Source: Candidatus Sulfotelmatobacter sp.
Lineage (GTDB): Bacteria; Eisenbacteria; RBG-16-71-46
Length of the DNA stretch: 64,000 nt
Direction: 5' to 3'
Assembly: GCA_035498555.1 (NCBI GenBank)
Contig: DATKAB010000093.1
Coordinates: forward strand, 27,675 to 91,674
Position numbers and translations under genes: made by a program. Shown piece after piece: positions 40,715 through 50,978 of this stretch. The notes below the pieces were generated by a model, which did no database searches, had not been told where the DNA came from, and saw only the letters and a program-made list of their open reading frames with translations. Position 1 is the stretch's first letter. Every line of letters begins with the position of its first letter.

Positions 40715-42546
40715 GCCGACCTCCGGCCGGGATCGAGCCCGCCCGCCCCCAGCGCGGCGGCGACGCGCTCCGCCAGCGCTCGAGGCACGCCGGCGCGCTC
40801 GGCGATCTCGTCCGGCGAGGCGGCGCGCAGCGCCTGCACCGAGCCGAATGCGCGCAGCAGCGCCGCGCGGCGCGCGGGCCCGACGCCCGAGACGCGATCC
40901 AGCTCGCTCGCGATCCGCGAGCGGCCGCGCAGCGCGCGATGATAGGTGAGCCCGAACCGGTGAGCCTCGTCGCGCAGCCGCTGCAGTGCGCGCAGCGCCG
41001 GGCTTCGGCGCGGCAGCCGAAGGTCGCCGCCGCGCTCGCGCACGATGGTCTCTTCCCGCTTCGCCAGCCCGATCAGCGCCACCGGTCGCGTGGCCGCCAG
41101 CTCGAGCGCGCCGCGCGCCGCGCTGACCTGGCCGGTGCCGCCGTCGACCACCACCAGATCGGGGCGCGGCAGCTCGCCCGATTCGACCCGCGTCCAATAG
41201 CGCGTCACCGCCTCCCCGATCATCGCGAAATCGTCGGGGCCGCTCCGCCGGATGCGCATGCGCCGGTAGAGGCCCTTGCGCGGGCGGCCGTCCTCGCTGG
41301 CCACCACCGCCGCTACCGCGCCCTCGGCGCCGAAGTTCGAGATGTCGAAGCAGATCATCCGATGCGGCGGGCTCGGCAGGTCGAGCCTGCGCTGAAGCTC
41401 GACGATCTCCGGCGAGAAGCGCGCGCGCCGGCCGTCGGCTCGCGCCGCGCGCTGCTCGAGCAGGTGCGCCGCGTTGCGTCCGGCGATCTCGACCAGCCGG
41501 TGCTCGCGACCGCGCGTCGGTGCCGCGATCTCGACGCGATGGCCCGAGTGCGACGACAGCGCCTCGGCGAGCGCGTCGGCCGAGACCGGGCGCTCGGCGA
41601 CCACCACGCGGGCCGGCACCAGCGCGCCGGTCAGGTAATGCTGGGCGACGAAGCTTTCGAGCACCTCGCTCGCGGGCCGGTCGCCGCCGCGCGTGAGCAG
41701 GTGCGACTCCTTCCCCACCACGCGACCGCCGCGCAGCAGCAGCACCGCCACCGCCGCGTCGCGGCCATGGCGGGCGACCCCGAGTACGTCGGCATCGCGC
41801 CCGTGCGGCGACACCACGCTCTGGGGTTTGCGCGCGCCTTCCAGCAGCCTGAGCTGGTCGCGGTGGCGGGCGGCTCGCTCGTAGTCGCGGCTGGCGGACG
41901 CCGCCTCCATGTCGGCGCGGAGCTGGCGGGTCGCGTCCTGGTCGCGACCGGTCAGGAACATCAGCAACCCGTCGACGATCCTTCGATACTCGGCGGCGCC
42001 GACCCCCGAGCGCGTGGTGCAGGGACCCGCGCAGCGTCCGATGTGGTAGTACAGGCAGGGTCGATTGGCGCGCCGGTAGTCTTCGAAGTTGCGACACGTG
42101 CGCACCGGGAATACCCGCCGGATCTCCCGCAGCGTGCGCCGCAGGCGCTTTACGTCGGTATAGGGTCCGAGGTAGCGAGCACCGTCGCTCTTCACCTGAC
42201 GCGTCACCGACAGGCGCGGGAATTCCTCCTGCACGCTGATGCGAACGTAGGGGAAGCTCTTGTCGTCCTTGAGCAGGACGTTGTAGTAGGGCCGGTGCTG
42301 GCGGATCAGGGTGGCCTCGAGCAGCAGCGCTTCGGGCTCGGAGGCGGTGAGGATGGTGTCGAGGTCCTGAGCCCGCTCGACCATCTCGGCGAGCCGTGGC
42401 TCGAGATCGGCCCCGAGGTAGTTCCGGACGCGCTGAGCCAGACTCCGGGCCTTGCCCACGTAGAGCACCCGGCCCCGGGCGTCCTTGAACAAGTAAACCC
42501 CGGGCAAAGCGGGCAAATTCACGATTTTCTCGCTCAACGGGCTCAC
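40711..42546 (-). CDS. uvrC: Excinuclease ABC subunit C
   Basis: 611 aa with an N-terminal GIY-YIG (GVYLFKDARGRVLYVGKA), UvrBC-interaction, RNaseH-like endonuclease and C-terminal HhH2 domains. Confidence 0.93.
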   Translation of the reverse strand: MSPLSEKIVNLPALPGVYLFKDARGRVLYVGKARSLAQRVRNYLGADLEPRLAEMVERAQDLDTILTASEPEALLLEATLIRQHRPYYNVLLKDDKSFPYVRISVQEEFPRLSVTRQVKSDGARYLGPYTDVKRLRRTLREIRRVFPVRTCRNFEDYRRANRPCLYYHIGRCAGPCTTRSGVGAAEYRRIVDGLLMFLTGRDQDATRQLRADMEAASASRDYERAARHRDQLRLLEGARKPQSVVSPHGRDADVLGVARHGRDAAVAVLLLRGGRVVGKESHLLTRGGDRPASEVLESFVAQHYLTGALVPARVVVAERPVSADALAEALSSHSGHRVEIAAPTRGREHRLVEIAGRNAAHLLEQRAARADGRRARFSPEIVELQRRLDLPSPPHRMICFDISNFGAEGAVAAVVASEDGRPRKGLYRRMRIRRSGPDDFAMIGEAVTRYWTRVESGELPRPDLVVVDGGTGQVSAARGALELAATRPVALIGLAKREETIVRERGGDLRLPRRSPALRALQRLRDEAHRFGLTYHRALRGRSRIASELDRVSGVGPARRAALLRAFGSVQALRAASPDEIAERAGVPRALAERVAAALGAGGLDPGRRSA

Positions 42547-42721
42547 GGGAAGGTTCCCTGCACCAGTTGGGGATACGGCGAAGGTGCCACACTACACCCC
42601 GGCGGGGTGCCCGGCAATGGCAGGTGCATGAAGAATAGTGGCGGCGGCCTTGACAGGCGCTTCGAGGCCCCCGTAGCTTTGTCGGTTCCGAACGTCACCC
42701 TCAGGTCCAAGGAGGATGGGA

Positions 42722-42976
42722 ATGCCGCATCACAAGTCGGCGGCCAAGCGCGTCGTCACCAATGAGAAGTCGCGCCGCCGCAACATCGCCGCCCGCTCCG
42801 AGCTGCGCGGAACGCTCAAGGCGGTCCGCGAGGCCAAGACCCGCGCCGAGGCCCAGGCCGCCTATCGAAAGGCCACGGCGCTGCTCGATCGCACCGCCTC
42901 GCGGGGTATCATCAAGAAGGAGACCGCCAGCCGCCACAAGGCGCGTCTGGCGAAGTTCGCAGCCAAGCTCGCCTGA
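42722..42976 (+). CDS. rpsT: 30S ribosomal protein S20
   Basis: MPHHKSAAKRVVTNEKSRRRN matches the bS20 N-terminus. GGAGG lies 7 nt upstream of the ATG at 42722. Confidence 0.9.
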   Translation: MPHHKSAAKRVVTNEKSRRRNIAARSELRGTLKAVREAKTRAEAQAAYRKATALLDRTASRGIIKKETASRHKARLAKFAAKLA

Positions 42977-42983
42977 GGCCACC

Positions 42984-43415
42984 ATGATGCGCCCGCTGGT
43001 CGCCCTGTTCGCGACCTTTCTGCTGCAGGCGCCACTCTTCGCGACGGCCGCCGCTCCCCCGGAGTCGGCGGCCGTTCCGTTCCCGGTCGTGCCGCTCCCG
43101 CAGCCTCCCCGGCAGCACCACCTGCTTTCCTGGACCTGCCTGATCGGGGGCGCCGGACTGGTGGGCGCGTCGTTCGTCATCCACGATCGCGCCAACGCCC
43201 GCTACGACGAGTACCTGATGGCGACCGATCCGGGCGAAATCGCCTCGCTCTACGACCAGACCGTCACGCTCGATCGGCTGTCGGCCGCCTCGCTCATCTC
43301 GGGCGAGGTGCTGATCGTCACCGGCATCTACCTCCGGTTCGCGCACGCCCCGGCTTCGTCGCGGCTGTCGCTCGCCTGGGAGCGGGGAGCATGCGTCGCG
43401 CGCTTGCGCTTCTGA
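42984..43415 (+). CDS. Hypothetical exported/membrane protein (143 aa)
   Basis: N-terminal signal-like MMRPLVALFATFLLQAPLFATAAA and one further TM. No recognisable family. Confidence 0.4.
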   Translation: MMRPLVALFATFLLQAPLFATAAAPPESAAVPFPVVPLPQPPRQHHLLSWTCLIGGAGLVGASFVIHDRANARYDEYLMATDPGEIASLYDQTVTLDRLSAASLISGEVLIVTGIYLRFAHAPASSRLSLAWERGACVARLRF

Positions 43416-44629
43416 GCCTGCTGCTGGCGGGTTGCAGCACCCGCGAGCGTCTCAATCCCCTCGACCCTCACAACGCCGCGACCGGCGGGCGTCCGCCCTC
43501 TTTCGCGGCGCTGGCCGAGAACGCGCAGGTGTTCCTGACCTGGAGCCCCGGCAGCAGTACGCAGCCGCTCGAGTACCAGCTCTTCCGCCAGGCCGAGGGC
43601 GAAGCCGACTACCAGCCGCTCACCGCCATCCTGCCCCAGAGCGTCAGCAGCTACCTCGACCTCGGATTGGTGAACGGCGTCACCTATCGCTACCGGCTCT
43701 ACTTCGTGGTCGGCGGGCAGCTCTCAGGCGCTCCCTCCGAGGACATCGCGACGCCTTCGACGGTGATCCCGTGGGTGGCCGACGATCAGACGCTCAGCCT
43801 CTACCGCATGAGCGCCGACGGCCGCCAGCCGGCCACCCAGGCCACGGGCTTCGCTGGGCCCACCGACTGCCGGGTGGATCCGATCTCGCATGTGGTGTGG
43901 GTCGCGGATGAAGGCGGAGGCCGGGTGGTGGTGTTCAACCCCGGGTTGGGAAGCGGGCTCAGCATTCGCGGACTCGGCGACCCCACTTACCTCGCGGTCG
44001 ATGCGGTGCGCGGGACGGCCTGGGTGTCGACGGTGTTCGGCGGCGAAGTGTTTCAGCTCCAGCCCGATGGGTCCTTCGGCACTCCCGGCAGCATCTCGCC
44101 GCTCCAGGCTCCCGCCGGCATCGACGTCGATCCGGCCGATCAGTCGCTGTGGGTCTGCGAGCGGCGTAGCAACACCGTGCGCCACTTCGACTCGCTCGGG
44201 AATCTGCTGCACGCGACCGCGGTCTCGGCGCCCCTGCGCGTCGCCGTCGACACTTCGAACGGCGAGGCGTGGGTGAGCTGCTTCGACACGCGCCAGGTCG
44301 TCCACCTCGCTGCGAGCGGCGCGCCGGTCGACACGGTTTCCGGCTTTCAGGGTCCGCTCGGCATCGCGGTGGACGAAGCGCGCGGGCGGATCTGGGTCGC
44401 GGATCCGGTGGCCGGGCAGGTCGTGGCGCTGCGTCGCAACGGTTCGGTGGAGTTCCGCGTCCCCGGCCTTCCCGGGGCGAGTGCTCTGGCGGTGGAGGAC
44501 GTGAGCGGCGAAGCCTGGGCGGTGATGACCGGCACGATCGCCCGCGTCTCCGGAACCGGAGCCACGATCCTGTTCGCGAAGGGCCTGCGCGATCCGGTGG
44601 CGATCACGCTCGACCGATTCGCGCCGTAG
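43391..44629 (+). CDS. Lipoprotein with fibronectin-III-like domain and NHL/YVTN-type beta-propeller repeats
   Basis: Lipobox LLAGCS. An FN3-like YRYRLYFVV block and repeated ...WV(A/S)D/E... propeller blades. Confidence 0.55.
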   Translation: MRRALALLSLLLAGCSTRERLNPLDPHNAATGGRPPSFAALAENAQVFLTWSPGSSTQPLEYQLFRQAEGEADYQPLTAILPQSVSSYLDLGLVNGVTYRYRLYFVVGGQLSGAPSEDIATPSTVIPWVADDQTLSLYRMSADGRQPATQATGFAGPTDCRVDPISHVVWVADEGGGRVVVFNPGLGSGLSIRGLGDPTYLAVDAVRGTAWVSTVFGGEVFQLQPDGSFGTPGSISPLQAPAGIDVDPADQSLWVCERRSNTVRHFDSLGNLLHATAVSAPLRVAVDTSNGEAWVSCFDTRQVVHLAASGAPVDTVSGFQGPLGIAVDEARGRIWVADPVAGQVVALRRNGSVEFRVPGLPGASALAVEDVSGEAWAVMTGTIARVSGTGATILFAKGLRDPVAITLDRFAP

Positions 44630-44638
44630 CGCCTTCGC

Positions 44639-47422
44639 CTAGAAGTTGAAGTCGATCAGGAACTGGGTGCGCGGGCGCTGCGTGAAGAAACGCAGGTCGT
44701 GCGTCAGCCACGCGTAGTTCCAGCGCAGCGCCGGGAAGAATCCACCCCCCACCCAGAACGAGAATCCGGCGCTCCCGAGTTGCTGCTGAAAGCCTTCGTC
44801 CCACCCCCATGAGGCATCGGCGAACGCGCCGCCGCTCACGGTGGGGAGCTCCCAGGGCGCGGGCACCGCGAGCGTGAACCCGCGCAGGATCGGGAAGCGC
44901 AGGTCGTTCTGGACCGTCAGGGTCTGCAGTCCGGAGAGTGCGCGCCGGTCGTAGCCGCGGATCGTGTCCCAGCCGAGATAGAAGCGCTGCGCGTCGGGTC
45001 CCATGCTGGACTGTCCGAGCACTCGATTGGCGAACACCACGTTGCGAATCGGCTGGACGTACTGGCGCAGCTCGCCGAGCAGCGTGGCGAAGTCGGCGTC
45101 GCCGGCCGAAAGGTCGCGCGTGTAGCCGGCGGTGAGGTACATGCGCATGCCCTGCACCGGACCGTAACCGGTCCAGCGCGTGTCGTCGTGCGCCCAGGTG
45201 AAGAAGTTCGAGACCAGATCCACGGTCTGGATCTCGCCGCTGCGCAGCAGGTGATCGGTGACGTGGCGCACCACCAGCGTCGCCTCCACGCGCGTGAACT
45301 TGCTGAAGGGATAGATGGCGATCCCGGCCACGCCGACGCGTTTCTCCCGCCGGATGATGTCGAGATCGGCGTCGTAGACCTCGGTGAGTCGGAACACACT
45401 GGCCCCGAAATTCAGGCGACGAGCCTGGTTGAGATAGGTGACGCCGCCCTCCCAGCCGTCCCAGAAGTTTCCGAACCGCTCGGAGTCGTTGCTCAGCGCG
45501 AACAGCACGCGTTCGTTCCCCAGCACGTCGCTGAAGGCGATCTGCCCGGCGCCGGCACTGCCCAGGGCGGGATCGAACGAGACCGCGTTCTGGATCAGGT
45601 CGAGACCGAGGCGCCGCTCGTAGGGCTTGGTGAGATCCGCGAACCGGTCGGGGCAGGGCATCGGGCGAGGCGTTTCGCCCGGCTCCCGCTCCACCTCGAG
45701 CGTGTCGGGCTTGAAACGCACGGAAAAGGTCTGGAATCGGATCGCGTGCTGGGCGGTGAACACCAGCCCCGATCCGTTCGGGAGCCAGTCGGGATCGGAG
45801 GCCGGCCCCCACAGCGAGATCACCCGCCGCGCCGCCGAGTCGGGCTCGGCGTGACGCACCCACAGATCGCTGATGCCACCGCGCGTCGAACGGAAGGCGA
45901 TCCATTTGCCGTCCGGCGAATAGACCGGCTGCCGGTCCTCGCCGCGGTCCGGGAAGCTCACCGGCTCGGGCACGCCGCCGGCGAGCGAGAGCCGGAACAG
46001 CGAGTAGCGCCCGCCGCGTCCGCCGCGATCCGAAGCGAACACCACCCAGCGGCCGTCGGGCGAGATGTCGGGCTCGAGATCGTCGTAGTCGTCGTTGGTC
46101 AGCCGCTCGAGCTGAGTCTGGCCGCCCGGCCAGCTCACCCGGTAGAGATCCGAGCGGCCGGAATAGTCCTGGGCCGAAAAGATCAGCGCGCTGTCGCCGG
46201 GCGCCCACGCCGGATCGTGGATCACGACCAGATTGTCGAATCCCTCCTGCCGCAGGATGCGCCCGTGCTTCGGATCGAACAGCGTCAGCGCGTCGCGTCC
46301 TCCCCGCTTGGCGGTCAGCGCGATCAGGCCATCGCGCGAGACACTCGGCCGGTTGAGGAACAGGTGGAACGATTCGAACGCGGGAGTGCGTCCGGAATGG
46401 ATCAAGCGGAGCCACTGGCGAGTGCCGTCGCGGCGCGGCTGGCTCAGGATCAGATCGATGCCCGATTCGTCCGCCTGGAAGTAGCAGAAGCGCAGCAGGC
46501 TGTCCGAGGAGCTGCCGGGCAGCGTGCGCGGCCCGAGGTTGTACTCGCCGCGCCGGGTCAGGCGCCTCGCCACCTCGGCGGGCTCGGCGGAGTGCACGAT
46601 TTGCGGGTAGTACCGCCGCTTCATGTCGGTGAACCACTGGGTGTCGAGATCCACCAGCGAGCTGCCGAAGGTCAGGCGGAAGACGGTCTCGAAGTCCTCG
46701 GCGCTCGCCCAGTTGTCGAACAGGTCGAAGACCTTCTCCGATCCGTAGCGGTCGGCCAGCCACAACAGGAACGACTGGCCCTCCTTGTACATCAGCACCG
46801 TGCCGGTGATGTCGTCGCTGTTGGTGAGCGGGCGCGCTTCACGGGTGAGGATCGCGTCGCGCAGCAGCCCCTCCGCGTCCTCGTCCCAATGGGTGCCGCA
46901 GTACTCCGCGAGCCCTTCCGTGAACCACAGCGGCGGCAAATAGCTCTGGTTGCGATGATGCTCGCGCATCACCACGCCGATCTTGTCCATCATGTAGGCG
47001 TGGGTCAGCTCGTGGCGCGTCACCCAGGCGAGCCGGGCCCACGATCCATTGTGCGGGATCAGCACCCGGCCCTTGATCAGCTCGGTGAGACCACCGGTGC
47101 CCTCGGAGATGAAGCCGTCGGCGGCGTTGGTCTGCTGGAAGAGATAGTGCGCCGAGTAGAGCAGGATCGGAATGTGGTTCTTCGGCCGGTTGCGGAAACG
47201 CCGGTCGTACTCGACCGCCACGCTCTCGGCGAACGGCGTGATGCGGCGCGCGAGACTCTCTTCCTCGGCGTAGAAATGGACGCGCAGGTGCGGACTCTCG
47301 AGCACCGCCCACTCGAGATCGTCGTACTGCACCTTGTTCTTGCCGAAGCCCTGCGCTTGCGCCGTCCCGGCGGCGAGCCCCAGCCACAGGCCGAGTCCGA
47401 CGGCCGTGCAGAGGCGCTTCAC
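44639..47422 (-). CDS. Large secreted multidomain protein: zincin-like HExxH domain, TolB-like PD40 beta-propeller and a C-terminal outer-membrane beta-barrel-like domain
   Basis: GTG start after AGGAGG. Signal peptide (AQAQ). An HELTH zinc motif, multiple SPDG[KR]W[IV][AV]F PD40 repeats and a C-terminal …LIDFNF aromatic end. Confidence 0.65.
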   Translation of the reverse strand: MKRLCTAVGLGLWLGLAAGTAQAQGFGKNKVQYDDLEWAVLESPHLRVHFYAEEESLARRITPFAESVAVEYDRRFRNRPKNHIPILLYSAHYLFQQTNAADGFISEGTGGLTELIKGRVLIPHNGSWARLAWVTRHELTHAYMMDKIGVVMREHHRNQSYLPPLWFTEGLAEYCGTHWDEDAEGLLRDAILTREARPLTNSDDITGTVLMYKEGQSFLLWLADRYGSEKVFDLFDNWASAEDFETVFRLTFGSSLVDLDTQWFTDMKRRYYPQIVHSAEPAEVARRLTRRGEYNLGPRTLPGSSSDSLLRFCYFQADESGIDLILSQPRRDGTRQWLRLIHSGRTPAFESFHLFLNRPSVSRDGLIALTAKRGGRDALTLFDPKHGRILRQEGFDNLVVIHDPAWAPGDSALIFSAQDYSGRSDLYRVSWPGGQTQLERLTNDDYDDLEPDISPDGRWVVFASDRGGRGGRYSLFRLSLAGGVPEPVSFPDRGEDRQPVYSPDGKWIAFRSTRGGISDLWVRHAEPDSAARRVISLWGPASDPDWLPNGSGLVFTAQHAIRFQTFSVRFKPDTLEVEREPGETPRPMPCPDRFADLTKPYERRLGLDLIQNAVSFDPALGSAGAGQIAFSDVLGNERVLFALSNDSERFGNFWDGWEGGVTYLNQARRLNFGASVFRLTEVYDADLDIIRREKRVGVAGIAIYPFSKFTRVEATLVVRHVTDHLLRSGEIQTVDLVSNFFTWAHDDTRWTGYGPVQGMRMYLTAGYTRDLSAGDADFATLLGELRQYVQPIRNVVFANRVLGQSSMGPDAQRFYLGWDTIRGYDRRALSGLQTLTVQNDLRFPILRGFTLAVPAPWELPTVSGGAFADASWGWDEGFQQQLGSAGFSFWVGGGFFPALRWNYAWLTHDLRFFTQRPRTQFLIDFNF

Positions 47423-47432
47423 GATGTTCCTC

Positions 47433-48197
47433 CTACGGCCGCCCCAGGACGTCCTCCAGCGAATAGAGTCCGGGTCTCGCGCCGGCGACGAACCGCGCCG
47501 CGGCGAGTGCGCCGCGGGCGAACGCGCCGCGATCCGAGGCGACGTGACGCAGCTCGAGCCACTCGCCCTCCCCCGCCAGCAGGACTTCATGATCGCCGAT
47601 CCAGCTCCCTCCGCGCACCGATGAAACGCCGATTTCCGCCACCGGCCGCGCCCCGGTTCGACCGGAGCGACCGGCGCGGACGACCTCCGGTCCCCAGCCG
47701 CGTTCGCCGGCTGCGTCCCCGGCCAGGGTGAGCGCCGTGCCCGAGGGGCTGTCCACCTTGCCGCGATGGTGGCGCTCGACGATCTCGACGTCCCATCCGC
47801 GCGGCGCCGCCACCAGCGCCGCGCGCACCGCCCGCCGCAGCACCAGCACGCCCAGGCTGAAATTGGAGGCGCGGAGCACCGCGACCCGGCCCGACGCCTC
47901 GCGCACCGCCGCCTCGTCGTCAGCCGAGAGCCCGGTCGTGCCCGAAACCAGCGCCGCGCCGACCCCGGCGCACGAGCGGGCCGCCTCGCGACAGGCGGCC
48001 GGGCTGCTGAATTCGACCACCACGTCCCCCCGCGCGAGCACGCCTTCCAGCGACGCCTGCCATACCCCGGGGCCGCCGCCGTGGTTCTCGGCCCGATCCA
48101 CCCGGGCCTTGATCGTGAGGTCGGGCTGGTCCGAGGCGGCCTCGAGGACCGCGCGACCCATCCGGCCCGCGGCCCCGAGCAGGACGATCGAGATCAA
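47433..48197 (-). CDS. dapB: 4-hydroxy-tetrahydrodipicolinate reductase
   Basis: N-terminal ISIVLLGAAGRMG (GAxGRMG) with the DapB fold. TTG start overlapping the dapA stop. The ATG at 48338 would overlap dapA by 144 nt and was rejected. Confidence 0.8.
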   Translation of the reverse strand: MISIVLLGAAGRMGRAVLEAASDQPDLTIKARVDRAENHGGGPGVWQASLEGVLARGDVVVEFSSPAACREAARSCAGVGAALVSGTTGLSADDEAAVREASGRVAVLRASNFSLGVLVLRRAVRAALVAAPRGWDVEIVERHHRGKVDSPSGTALTLAGDAAGERGWGPEVVRAGRSGRTGARPVAEIGVSSVRGGSWIGDHEVLLAGEGEWLELRHVASDRGAFARGALAAARFVAGARPGLYSLEDVLGRP

Positions 48198-49087
48198 GCC
48201 GACACGCCGCTCGCCATGGCCGGCGCGAGCCCCGCGTGTTTGGCGGCCATGCGCAGGGCTTCCTCGGTTGCCGGCTCGACCGGCACCAGCGGCAGGCGCA
48301 GCTCGTTGCGAATCAGGCCGAGCTGAGCGAGCAGGCACTTGACCGGTCCGGGGTTCGATTCGACGAACAGCGCCTTGAACAGCGGGCCGAGCTTGCGATG
48401 TTCGGTCTCGGCCTCGGCGAGCCGGCCGGCGCGGGCATGATCGCAGAGCGCGCGCATCTCGCGCGGCGCCACGTTGCCGGCCACCGACACCACGCCGGCG
48501 GCGCCCACCGCGATCATCGGCAGGGTGAGCGAATCGTCGCCCGAGAGCAGCGTGAATCTCGTGCGCGCGCGAATCGCGCTGGCCTGGTCGAGACTCCCCG
48601 AAGCCTCCTTGATCGCGACGATGTTGGGAACCGAATCGAGCCTCGCGAAGGTCTCCGGCATGGTGTTGGTCGCGGTGCGTCCCGGCACGTTGTAGAGGAT
48701 CAGCGGAAGCTGGGTGGCATGCGCGACCGCGCTGAAGTGGGCGATCTGCCCCCTAGGAGTGGGCTTGTTGTAGTAGGGCGTGACGATCATCGCGCCGTCC
48801 AGCCCCAGCTCCTCGGCGCGGCGCGTAATCGCGATGGTCTCGGAAGTCGAATTGGTGCCGGTGCCGGCCACCACCGGAATCCGCCGCCTCACCCGGTCCC
48901 GGACGAACTTCCATAGCGTCAGCCGCTCGTCCACCGAGCAGGTGGCCGCCTCTCCCGTCGAGCCCGAGACCACCAGGACCTCAACGCCGCCGTCGATCAG
49001 GTAGTCCACCAGCCGCGCGGTCGAGTCGAGATCCAGCTCGCCGTCGCGAAACGGCGTCACCATTGCCACCGTCAGTCCTTCGAACAT
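48194..49087 (-). CDS. dapA: 4-hydroxy-tetrahydrodipicolinate synthase
   Basis: 297 aa with a TPF(R/T)DG N-terminus, a GTTGE-like motif and the Schiff-base lysine region of the DapA TIM barrel. Confidence 0.9.
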   Translation of the reverse strand: MFEGLTVAMVTPFRDGELDLDSTARLVDYLIDGGVEVLVVSGSTGEAATCSVDERLTLWKFVRDRVRRRIPVVAGTGTNSTSETIAITRRAEELGLDGAMIVTPYYNKPTPRGQIAHFSAVAHATQLPLILYNVPGRTATNTMPETFARLDSVPNIVAIKEASGSLDQASAIRARTRFTLLSGDDSLTLPMIAVGAAGVVSVAGNVAPREMRALCDHARAGRLAEAETEHRKLGPLFKALFVESNPGPVKCLLAQLGLIRNELRLPLVPVEPATEEALRMAAKHAGLAPAMASGVSA

Positions 49088-49096
49088 CGCTCCTCC

Positions 49097-49927
49097 TCAG
49101 CGCACGAGCGGTACGGCGCTGCTCACCCGCAGCCGTCCCGTGAACGCGATCTCGGCCGGGCCCTCGAGCCCGACCTCGTAGTCCTCATCCGTCGCCTGCC
49201 AGGTAACTCTCAGGTCGTCGCCGCCGGCGGTGGTCACCGTCACCGGCGAGCGATCGCCGCTCATCGCCCGGGTGATGCCGCAGGCGATCGCGCCGCTGCC
49301 GCACGCCAGGGTCTCCCCCTCCACGCCGCGCTCGAAGGTGCGCATGGCAACGTGGGAAACGCCGCGGCGCTCGACGAAGTCCACGTTCGCGCCCTCGGCG
49401 CCGAACTGCGGGTGGGCGCGCAACGCCGCTCCCCATTCGCGGACCGGCACCTCGCTCACCCGGTCGACCTCGATCACCAGATGGGGAACGCCGGCCTGCA
49501 CCCACCACCCGGAGAATCGGCGCCCGGCCGCGGCCAGGTCCTCGCGGCGCTCGGGCCGCGCCACCCGCCCGAAACGCACCTCGTAGCGATGCTCGGCGAC
49601 CTGGCGCGCGCTCTGGACGCCGATGTCGGTGCGGAATCGCACTTCGCCACCGCGGCCGAGACCCAGCTCCAGCGCCAGGCACGCCAGGCACCGCGCGCCA
49701 TTGCCGCAGTACTCGGCCGACCCGCCATCGGCATTGAAGTACCGCATACGGAAGTCGAGCTCGGGGTCGGACTCCAGCAGCAGCACGCCGTCGGCGCCGA
49801 TGCCGCGGCGGCGATCGCACCACTGCCGCATCTGTTCGGCCGAGGGCTGAGGCGCTTTCGAGCCGAGCCGATCCAGCACCACGAAATCGTTGGCGGCCCC
49901 GTGCATCTTGAGGAAAGGAAGTTCCAC
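49097..49927 (-). CDS. dapF: Diaminopimelate epimerase
   Basis: FLKMHGAANDFVV N-terminus and two catalytic Cys (GNGARC, GSGA). GTG start chosen. The upstream ATG at 50065 gives an Arg-rich junk extension. Confidence 0.85.
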   Translation of the reverse strand: MELPFLKMHGAANDFVVLDRLGSKAPQPSAEQMRQWCDRRRGIGADGVLLLESDPELDFRMRYFNADGGSAEYCGNGARCLACLALELGLGRGGEVRFRTDIGVQSARQVAEHRYEVRFGRVARPERREDLAAAGRRFSGWWVQAGVPHLVIEVDRVSEVPVREWGAALRAHPQFGAEGANVDFVERRGVSHVAMRTFERGVEGETLACGSGAIACGITRAMSGDRSPVTVTTAGGDDLRVTWQATDEDYEVGLEGPAEIAFTGRLRVSSAVPLVR

Positions 49928-49931
49928 GCGC

Positions 49932-50975
49932 TCAGGGTACCCCGCTCGCGCGACGGAGCACCAGCACCACATTGGTGACGTCGGCGGCCGGCTCGATGCG
50001 CACGGTCTCGGTCTGGCTGACCGGCTCGGTGCTCGGCCGCCAGATGCCGTTCTTGTCGTGGTCACGAAATGCCGTGATCCGCCACAACCCGGGCTTCAAG
50101 GTGATGTCGAAGCCCCCCTTCGCATCCACCGTGCCCGGCACGCGCTGCAGCGAATCCGACTCGGCGCTGGCCAGCACGCGCAGCACGCCGAGGCTGTCCT
50201 GCAGCGTGTCGACCACCGCGCCGCGCACGCGACCCGGAGCGCGCGGGTTGGTGACGCGCAGCACGATGTTGCGCGCCACCGGTTGGTCCGGAGTCAGCGC
50301 GAACGTGGTGTCGGCCGGGGCCAGGATGTCGGTTTCGGGCTCGAACGAGTGGTTGGTGTTGAGATCCGCGAACGCCCACACCCGATAGCTGCCGGGAACG
50401 CGCAGCCCGTCGATGCGGAACTGGCCCTTCGGTCCGGCGATGCCGATGGCCTGGAAATCGCGCGCGGTGCTGTCGGGCACGTGGCCCGAGAGCGCGTCGT
50501 AGCACCACAGGTAGGTGCCTGAAGCTTCGAATCCGCGTGCATCCACGCTCCCTTCGATGCGGCCGCGCGGGAACGAGTCGCCGGTGCTGAACACCACGGC
50601 GGCACCACCCACTAGCGCGTTGCCGTGACGGTCATGCGCCGCGTCGCCGAGGAACAGCGTATAGGTCTTCTCGGCCTGCAGCGATTCGGCGAGCGTCAGG
50701 GAGAGCGTGCGCCCACTCCACGAGCGATTGCGGATCGGCACGCGCGGCGCGAGCGACACCGCGTCGTCGGTCGAGCGCGGCTCCATCGCCTCGCTGAAGG
50801 AGATGGTGAGCCGCGGCTTGCGCGAGATGCCGGAGGCCCCGGAATCGGGAGTGGTGGCGATGACGCGCGGCGGCGTGAAATCGGGCGGTCCGCCGGAGGG
50901 CGGCCCCTTCTTGGCGCAGCCGGCGAGCAGCAAGGCCACGAGCGCGAGCCACGCGGCAGTCGGGCTTCTGGCCAC
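49932..50975 (-). CDS. Lipoprotein with Ig-like (SbsA-type) and carboxypeptidase-regulatory-like beta-sandwich domains
   Basis: Lipobox LLAGCA. Beta-rich repeats; no catalytic motifs. Confidence 0.5.
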   Translation of the reverse strand: MARSPTAAWLALVALLLAGCAKKGPPSGGPPDFTPPRVIATTPDSGASGISRKPRLTISFSEAMEPRSTDDAVSLAPRVPIRNRSWSGRTLSLTLAESLQAEKTYTLFLGDAAHDRHGNALVGGAAVVFSTGDSFPRGRIEGSVDARGFEASGTYLWCYDALSGHVPDSTARDFQAIGIAGPKGQFRIDGLRVPGSYRVWAFADLNTNHSFEPETDILAPADTTFALTPDQPVARNIVLRVTNPRAPGRVRGAVVDTLQDSLGVLRVLASAESDSLQRVPGTVDAKGGFDITLKPGLWRITAFRDHDKNGIWRPSTEPVSQTETVRIEPAADVTNVVLVLRRASGVP

Positions 50976-50978
50976 GGC

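Noticed and set aside
39716-42592. 958-aa minus-strand ORF spanning xerD and uvrC
   Set aside because: It is an out-of-frame read-through across uvrC. The real genes are uvrC (40711-42546) and xerD (39716-40714), which shares only its C-terminal frame with this ORF.
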